The translations under genes and the position numbers were made by a program. Shown one piece after another: positions 24,649 through 32,398 of a stretch of DNA of 32,398 nucleotides. The notes beneath the pieces are model-generated. The model worked only from the letters and a program-made list of their open reading frames with translations, did no database searches and had not been told where the DNA came from. This DNA is from Hydrurus foetidus (lineage: Eukaryota). The stretch spans positions 1 through 32,398 of the forward strand of contig UYFQ01000365.1 in NCBI GenBank assembly GCA_900617105.1. Direction: 5' to 3'. Each line of letters begins with the position of its first letter. The stretch's first letter is position 1.

Positions 24649-25555
24649 ATGCCACAAAGTTCGGAGTTACTCCATGACATCAAGTCCAGACAGAATGTGC
24701 TTATCACACGTGCTAGTTTGGCGGTTCCTTCGAATGAAATGAAGTCGCATGAAATCGATGAGGCAATTATGATACAATTTGTGAATCATGTCGCCCTCAT
24801 TCGTCACAATCTACCGTGTTCTCAAGACGCATTCCTTCGATCATCGCGTCATTGTGATCATACAGTCACAGAGAAAGACTTACACAACGGATCAACGCTT
24901 TGGAGAAAATTTCTTTCCATCAAGAAATATGTGAACAACCGGATCACCACTCTCTACGTGAAGAATTTGGGACCCGATGGACAACCGCCATCAGGTATGA
25001 CGCTAGAGGATATACTTCTGAAGACTCGGAAGCAACTTCACGATATTGAGCAAGAAGAATCGAAGGCTAGATCAAAAAACCCAAGCACTTTCAAGAAGAG
25101 AGCCTTCTCGTAAGACACAACGAGCCGCTAAACGTACAGCCGAAATTGAGAAGATGAAGAGCGATCTTAAGAAACCTACTGCCTTCCAACTCAACAGCAA
25201 GAAAGACCGGAAAGTCATGAACAACCAAGTCAAATTGACTCAGACGACTGTAGCTCTTAAGAAGAGAAACCATGTAAGTTATCATCTTGAAATCTATGTG
25301 TTGTTGCTGTTAATCTACTGCAGTTGTTTTACGTTTGTGATTAACTCACGCAGAGATTTGAAGAGCTCAACATTACCTCCTCTAGTCAAGTCCAATAGAG
25401 CCGAAGAAGAGGTAGAGATGAGGAAAAAGACAGTCAACCTAACCGTTCCATCACCAGCTCCTCTAGTCAAGTCCAACAGAGCAAGAAGAAGTCTAGAGTC
25501 AACGAAGACGAGAGCCAACCATCTCTTACAAGCAACATCACTCAAGAAAAGGAGC
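24649..25555 (+). pseudogene. Unknown, probably degenerate gene adjoining or interrupted by element B
   Basis: Coding-like ORFs 24649-25113 and 25046 onward in different frames. Intron-like GTAAGT...CGCAG at about 25274-25353. The sequence runs directly into the LTR at 25556. No family recognised. Confidence 0.35.
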
Positions 25556-25764
25556 TGTGGTCGGGCAAATGGAGAAAGGGTGGAAAGAGGAGGTAGGCTT
25601 AGTTACAGGTATCTATGCTAGAAGCTAGTTTAACTTCTAAGTGGATGCTGTAGGTGGCTACGACGATACGACAGCCCAACTGTAGTGTACAGTAGTAGTA
25701 CCCGGTAGGATCCGGTAGAGTCGGTACCCGGTAGGATCGGGACCCTGGACCCGGTACTATCACA
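25556..25764 (-). repeat. 3' LTR of element B
   Basis: 209 bp. Matches 32194-32398 apart from 2 substitutions and 4 nt of indels in short runs. Internal GTACCCGGTAGGATC repeats. Confidence 0.95.
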
Positions 25765-25790
25765 TTACCCCCACTTATCTTTCTTTCTTT
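25765..25790 (-). promoter_or_regulatory. Polypurine tract of element B
   Basis: Minus strand AAAGAAAGAAAGATAAGTGGGGGTAA immediately before the LTR TG. Confidence 0.85.
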
Positions 25791-26135
25791 CGAAAAAAAA
25801 ATCTAAGCTAAATCTAAACTAAATCGAAACCCCCGTTTCTTTGCAAAATTTATTATATAACTTACTCGAAAAAAGAAGATATACAAAAATTTACAAAATC
25901 GAAAATATGAGATAAACTAAAAGTGAACACAAAAAATTTTACAAAAGAAAACTTGGAGAAAGTTGGGGTTCGATGTCGAAAGATAAGGTGGGGTTGTACA
26001 AAACAGTAGAGTACTGTTGTACGAGGGTCGAAAACGTAATTATGTCAGATTTTTACTGACTAAAAAACCATAAAAATCCCTTAGAAAAGGGCAAAAATTA
26101 GGCTAAAAAATCTTCAAAAGATAATACGTTCGAAC

Positions 26136-29100
26136 TCAAACCTCATCGGTTGATCCCTCAAGATTCCTGGGAATAAAACGTGACATGTTATTATTCCGCA
26201 AGTATACATGGAGTGCTTCACAGAGCCGGAGATTCTTCCAAGGCTCCCATGTATTATGTGAAGTATCATAGTTGAGCCATTTAACATGGAACGACATGGA
26301 TGTCGGCTTCTTTGAATCACCAGTGTGATTAAGAACTTTCTCAACGAAATACTCCATGTAATCGCGACGTGCTGTATCAGCAGGTATGCCCAACGATGGG
26401 TCATAATTGAAAATCTTTAGATTTTTCACATGTACACTATTGTGTTTGTGTGTAATTAAGTTCGCGAGAACATACTCGGATCCCTCAAGGGAGACAACAC
26501 GGAAAGGACCTTTCCACCTTGTGTGTAATCGAGTTGGGGGATGGTCCTGTTTTACCAGAACATATGACCCTATGGGAAACACTGTCACACCTTGTGTGGA
26601 CTTTTTGTGTTTGTCATCACATTTCTGAAGAGAACCGATTGCTGCATCGAGGACCTTGTCCTGTATATCGATGAGATCTGTGATGTATGTTGAATTCGAA
26701 GATGTCAACGTTGGTAATAGATGAGGGGTCAAAATACCCCGATTCAAATCAAGTTTATTGCCGAATAAAATCGAAGCAGGACTTTGATTTGTTCGTCGAT
26801 TAACTGAACTGTTAATGATACGTTGAACAAATGGTATGCATTTGGCATAGTGTTCAAGAGATGGTGTATCAAACACGAGACCTCGTAAGTGTCTATTCAC
26901 CTCTTTGTTGACCCTTTCTACAATGGCATTCTCTTGCGAGGAATAAGCCAACGTGAGATTATGGGGCGTACCCGTTAGGTCTAAGAACTCTTTAATGAGA
27001 TCATTAGCGAAGTGGGATCCTCGATCGGATCTAATCATATTTGGCGATCCAAATCGACCAAAATGAGTCAGTAAGCATTCACATGCAGACTGAGCTGTAG
27101 CATCCTTACACCAGAACATTTCTGTCCATCTGGAGAAGGTGTCAATTATGACAAGAATATACCCTTTATCAGGGAATGGGCCAATATAATCGATATTTAA
27201 TGTATCGAAAATAGCATGCGTGGACGTTGAAAAATGAGCAGCGCTGATATTTGCATCAACTGCACTCAATTTCTGACAGCATGGGCAGTTTCGTATGAAC
27301 GAGCGTACGTGCTGTTTCATATTTTTCCACACATGGTTAAGACTAAAGAGTCGAGTGAGGGTACGGTCGATGCCGTTGTGACCAACAATTGAATTGTGGC
27401 ACATTTGAATGTAAACATTCTGTTCATCTGTCGGCTGTACAATAACCGTTAAAGCCGAAACTGCAAAACATGATGATGAAGAAGATGATACTGAAGTAAC
27501 ACTCTCGGACCTGATTGTCTTAGGCAGAGCAATTTCGGTAAGATTTGGACATAACCGTGACAGAGCATCGGCAAGTTCATTATCCGACCCTTTGACAAAG
27601 TGTACGGTAAAATCAAGTTCTTGCATTGCAATGAACCACCGTGTCACCATTGAAGTGGGGTTTTGTTTCATATATGTCAAATTCATATGATCCGTATGTA
27701 TGGTAAACTTACGGTCTCGAATGAGATAATCGAGTTGTTGGCAACAGAAAAAGATAGCATAAGCTTCTTTCTGTATTGTCGACCAATTTATTTGTGTTGC
27801 CGATAGAGATTTGCTTATAAAAGCGATTGGTCTCCATTCGGTGTCGACGATTTGGAAGAGTACACCACCGATGCCATAATCGGATGCATCAGTATATAAT
27901 CTGATGGGTGAATCATCATTGATGAAGTACATTAAAGGACAACGCGATACCGCGATTTTAGTCTCATGAAATGCCAAAGTCCCCTCGGGGGTCCAATATA
28001 TTGGGGAACGTTTAAGTGCCGTTGGGTCCACCATCATTTGAAGGGGTTTGACCATGTCCGAATGAAACGGTACAAATTGACGAAAGTAGTTGGCTAAGCC
28101 AAGAAATCCACGAAGGGATGTTACTTTTTTAGGAAGTGGGAAGTTGAGTACTGTCTCAATCTTTTCTTTAGACATGGATAATCCATCCTTGTCTATGACT
28201 CGGCCGACGTATTCAATACGTTTGAGACCGAATCTGCATTTCTTTGCTTTGAGCTTAAGATTTTTAAGGCGAAATCTTTCAAAAACACTGCGCAGATTCT
28301 GGAGAAACTCTGCTTCGCCCCGTCCATATACGATGCAGTCATCGAGATACATCTCGCAACAGCGGTATATAAGACCGTAAAGGACCATTGTCACCATCTG
28401 CTCCTGAAAGTAAGAGGGGGCTCGACAAGGGCCAAAAGGCAATCTCGTGAACTGAAACACCCCCATGAAACATATAAATGCGGTATAGATTCGGTGGGGT
28501 GTGTACAGAGGTGCTTGGTGGTAACCCGCGGTTAAATCCATCACTCCGTAAATATCCGGTTTTTTATTACCGATCCTCTCGAAGAGGTGTTTGATATTGG
28601 GTAGGGGAAAGGAGGCCGGCTCAATGCATTCATTGAGAGCACGATAGTCGATGCAGGTTCGATACGTATCGGCTGTCTTATTTACCATTACAGGATGACT
28701 GTAGTATGCAGCGTTCGACCTCTCGATCACACCATCCTCCAGCATTTCTTCAATTGAAGTGCGGAGGTAATGTTCCTTTTTTAGAGGATTGTGGGCGCAC
28801 TGGTGTGCGGTTCGAAGGAACCTCCCATTTTTGCCTAGGCAAATTGATCTCAAAAGGTTTGAGATGTGCAGCTTGCGGGGCTAGCTTATCACTGAAAATA
28901 TCAGCGAATTCTGAACAGAGAGTACGCAAATCCTTCTGAAGGCTTTCATCCCCCCTCAAAATGAATTTGTGACAAAAAATCATCCGGCCCATTGGGCGGT
29001 ACATTTCGGCACGTCTTGTCACGCAAGAAAGGTGCGAAAGTGTCAGTCTTGTCATTGTCAATCTCGTCAACGGAGAGTGCGACACCGCTTGGCCATACGG

Positions 29101-31620
29101 CTTCCACGTCATAGTCTGATGTAGCAGAGTCCCCAGAGGTATGTGTGAGGGTGGGAATCGGGTCACCACCTAGGTGCGGGGTATCACCCGTACGTTTCGC
29201 GAGTACAGCCGAGACACTGTCCAGTCGCTGACAACCCACATCACCACATGGACTTTGGGTCATGACTCCCTCGGAACCAACCTGGGTAACGCCACACGTG
29301 AACGTTGCATGACAGTCTGACCCCACGACTTCCTTGGTTAGAGGTGCGTGCAAAATGGCCTTCGTTGGTTTTGGCTTTGGGCAAAGGCCGTATGGTTCTC
29401 TTTTAAGAGCGAGTTTCGTCTGAGTGATTCCCTTCAACAAATCATATGTTGGGGTAATCGACTCTACCTCTGGCTCTTCGGGTAGAACTCCCTCCGATAT
29501 CATACGCCTGGTGTATTTGCTCCAGTGAAGTGGGTCAAGCTTTGTTATTGCTTCCCTTTCTTCAAATTCGCGCCAACGAATATCCCTTTCCTTTTGTTCT
29601 CCGCACTGAGCTCAGGAGAGATACCAAAAGCAAAAGGTGTTAATGACATAAAATCATATTTATTTACAGTGTTGCGACTTAACAAAAGTTCAATATCTGT
29701 ATTCCGATTAACTCGCAAGGTTAAAAGGATTTTGTGACATTCGCCGTCATAAGAATGAAACTGGAGAGTTAAATTAATAATTTCGTTATTTACATAGCAA
29801 TGGCCATCAAGACCAGAGCAAACAGTTATGGCTTTAGGAGCCTCATAACAGAGATGCATAGCATTTAATTTTTGAATCATAATGAAAGAAATAAAATCCT
29901 CAGAATAATTGGCGGTGTCCAACACGGCCTTGCCCACAATGCGTCGTACGCTAGTCTGGTTGTCCGTATCCTTATCCTGTACCGAAACAGTAACGTTTAA
30001 GTAATTAGAAGGAAGGGTAGACGGGTCATGCAAATATTCATCTTGAATAAGCGTTGGAAGTGTATCGACATGTGAAATGAACGACACAACATCCGGTAGG
30101 TTTAAAATGTCAGATGAATCAACATCATAATCATTTATACCTTGATTTTGTCCCGCTGAATCGGAAGACGAGTTGGGGCCCCCCTGGGGTGGGTTGTATT
30201 TACCCCCACGGGGATTTTTCCCTTGGTATCCTCTACCAGCATTTTGGTTACCCGGGTTATTACCCTGGTAACCGCGGTTATTACCTTGGTAACCGGAATT
30301 ACCCTGGTTGTTTTGGTTACCCTGGTTGTTACCTTGGTTGTTACCTTGGTTGTTACCTTGGTTGTTACCTTGGTTACCGGTTGGTTATTACCTTGGTTAC
30401 CCTGGTTGGGGTTGTTTTGGTTACCCGACCCATGGTTATTCTTTGACTTCTTGTTAGTGAACATCAAGAAGGGAGGGGAACCAGCGGGGTGGTGCCGCTG
30501 ACGGTTTTCGTAGCCAGGAAGGATTAACCTTTCCTGCCACATGGTTCACCGTTGGCTAACCATGCCTGCCCTACAGCTGATTCAGACCATTGAATGGAGT
30601 GATCGTTGTTGGTGTCAGTGTAATATAACACCGGGCATGCAGGAAGCATGTGTGCAGGATTGCCACACGAGCGGCAGACTCGAGGAGCCACTGGGGGACC
30701 TCCAATGAGGTACGAACCGCTAGGGTGCTGTTGCCGCTTGGTGGATCCACATCGCGAATCGCGAGTGTACTCTCCCTCTTCTGTGATGAACGTAGAGGGG
30801 GTACTGCGGTACTCGGGAACGAGTAGATGAGATCAGGATTGCCGTAGCTCCTGCTCATTCGAATGGCCTCTCGCGCCGCGGAGACGACAGAGATGAGGCG
30901 CATCATGGCGGACTCCCATGTAGAAGGTGACTGTGTGTCAACCCTCTTAGACTCAAAGTAGTCTGATTGGATACGACTGCCACGAGCAAGTCGTCTCTCC
31001 AAAATTGTTATCAACTCCGCTGTTGGTTTGGAGTGATACGGCGAGTGCGCTCGTAATTGGTTACCAATTCCTTGTACGCCATGTACGTGCTCAACTCTTC
31101 CTCATCGGAATTGAGTGAGTAATGGAATGGTACCTTAGCGAAAAGTTCCGCGAGGGTATGATCTGCATGGTCTCGTTGTTTATTCGAGCCAAAATACTGC
31201 ATGATTAGTTTCGCAACATAATCAATGTCAAGTATATTCTGCCATTCGAACTTCTGTTCCATTGTCAGAGACGATGGAGCAGCGTCTGTCATAATCTTGA
31301 CGTGTAGCAAGTCAATCGCTTGACGTTGCATGCATTCATTAATGCGTAGACGAGGCAGCCGTTGAGCTTGCTCGAAGAAGCTCTCAGCGTCTTGCGGAGT
31401 GATGTAATCGCCTTTTAGGACGAATATCTCTCGCTGCATCTGCATAGTCTGTGGAACAGTATAGTCTGAGCCACTGAAGACTGTGAGGTTTGGGTGGCAT
31501 TTAAAATACCCCCGTCCTCTTCTAGCGCTTCCTCTTCCTCAGTTTCAACACTGGAGGATGTTCGATGAGTTTACCCTCATCGTCGTAGCGAGGGTAAGAT
31601 GCTTCTTCGTCATCGGCCAT
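26136..31620 (-). CDS. Gag-Pol polyprotein of element B (RT-RH-IN-chromodomain open from 26136 to ~28780, gag/protease broken by several frameshifts)
   Basis: Probable start MADDEEASYPRY at 31620. CCHC knuckle CRSCGNPAHMLPAC (~30635-30677). Protease-like AVLDTANYS. RT (RLPFGP, YLDD), RNase H TDASDYGIGG, integrase H..H/CPCC and RSDRG, chromodomain YFVEKVLNH...FHVKWLNY...NTWEPWKNL. Confidence 0.9.
29977..30140 (-). other. Candidate retained/alternatively spliced intron at the gag-protease boundary, element B
   Basis: CAAG|GTATAA donor at 30140, CTAAT branch-like motif at 30008-30004, first downstream AG is TACAG ending at 29977. Length 164 nt. The spliced junction reads G|GA TAA. Confidence 0.5.
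30240..30445 (-). repeat. 9-12-bp tandem coding repeat (AACAACCAAGGT-like) encoding Asn-Asn-Gln-Gly in element B gag
   Basis: Plus strand (TTACCTTGGTTG)n array. In the gag frame it reads NQGNNQGN. Confidence 0.85.
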
Positions 31621-32193
31621 GGTATATGACTTCGAGACGTTATAATTCCGTCAAAGTCTAAGCAACGAAGGGATCTCGGCGTCAAAAATTTTTGCCAGAG
31701 CTTCGCCTTGTTAGCTTTGAGGGTACTTTACGCAAGTAACAGCGAATAAGTTGATTTCAACCAACTCTTGTTGAGAAAATCTCTTAGGCGTGAAAGCCAA
31801 TTTTTGAGTGGTGAAAATTTTTGGTGTCCGTAAAGGATGAAGGAAGTAATTCCCACCAGCCAAAAGAAGTCGTTAGACTAATTTGGTGTCGGTAGCAATG
31901 AATCCAATGTTCAAATTGCAACCCGACGAGTTTGAGAATGTCGAGTGGTGAAGGCTTTCGCGAATTCAACCAACTACGAACTTTGGAGACACCAATAATG
32001 GGTTCCAAGAGGAAAGAGGCTAAGCCCAACTTTCGCTAACTTAAACTAAGTTCTTGGAGCGTAGCTCAGCAAGAATTCGACTCCGCAGATGTCGTGAGTA
32101 ATAATACTCAGGTGGTGGAAGTCTTAACTAAAGTTGGGACGAGTAGAGGGGAATTAGAGGCAGCAGAAAATTTCCCGAGGATAATAGCGCTAT

Positions 32194-32398
32194 TGTGGTC
32201 GGGCAAATGGAGAAAGGGTGGAGAGGAGGTAGGCTTAGTTACAGGTATCTATGCTAGAAGCTAGTTAACTTCTAAGTGGACGCTGTAGATGGCTACGACG
32301 ATACGACAGCCAACTGTAGTGTACAGTAGTAGTACCCGGTAGGATCCGGTAGAGTCGGTACCCGGTAGGATCGGGACCCTGGACCCGGTACTATCACA
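32194..32398 (-). repeat. 5' LTR of element B
   Basis: 205-bp copy of 25556-25764. It ends exactly at the window end. Confidence 0.95.

Larger units (their letters stand above)
25556..32398 (-). mobile_element. Full-length Ty3/Gypsy (chromovirus-like) LTR retrotransposon, element B
   Basis: LTRs at 25556-25764 and 32194-32398 (minus strand TGTGA...CCACA). gag-PR-RT-RH-IN-chromodomain on the minus strand. PPT adjacent to the 3' LTR. Confidence 0.96.

Noticed and set aside
25690..25760. Short repeats resembling a CRISPR-like array
   Set aside because: These are internal LTR sub-repeats without unique spacers, in a eukaryotic context with no cas genes.
30114..30542. ORFs encoding VTTK, LVVT or YLGC repeats
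   Set aside because: These are alternative frames or strands of the NQGN coding repeat inside gag.
1..32398. Whole window as one composite mobile element (TG...CA ends) carrying host genes
   Set aside because: The two ends are 5' LTRs of different families, each element has its own LTR pair and PPT, the internal genes are ordinary intron-containing genes, and no flanking TSD is visible. Two independent insertions is the simpler reading.

Overview
Eukaryotic genomic DNA with short GT-AG introns. A protist or alga (possibly a stramenopile) is inferred but not established. The window starts and ends exactly on the 5' LTRs of two different, convergently oriented Ty3/Gypsy LTR retrotransposons with chromodomain-bearing integrases. 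Element A spans 1-6181 (+) and has apparently identical 273-bp LTRs. Element B spans 25556-32398 (-), has ~205-209-bp LTRs, and is frameshifted in gag/protease. Between them are host genes: an ankyrin/U-box protein, a SAM-Pellino E3 ligase homolog preceded by a ~393-bp tandem duplication, a large multi-domain glycosyltransferase, pyruvate dehydrogenase E1 alpha, an NTM1-type N-terminal methyltransferase, and a degenerate ORF next to element B. The two elements have largely unrelated LTRs but share four cis features. (1) A stop-free, phase-1, 3n+2 candidate intron between the gag zinc knuckle and protease: splicing would end Gag almost immediately, while retention gives Gag-Pol. (2) A palindrome instead of a tRNA primer-binding site (CA|ATATTAATATT vs CA|ATAGCGCTATT). 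(3) A near-identical stem-loop ~70 nt after the pol stop. (4) A CTGTAACTAA motif in the LTR. The sequence patterns are read directly; their functions are inferences that need RNA data.
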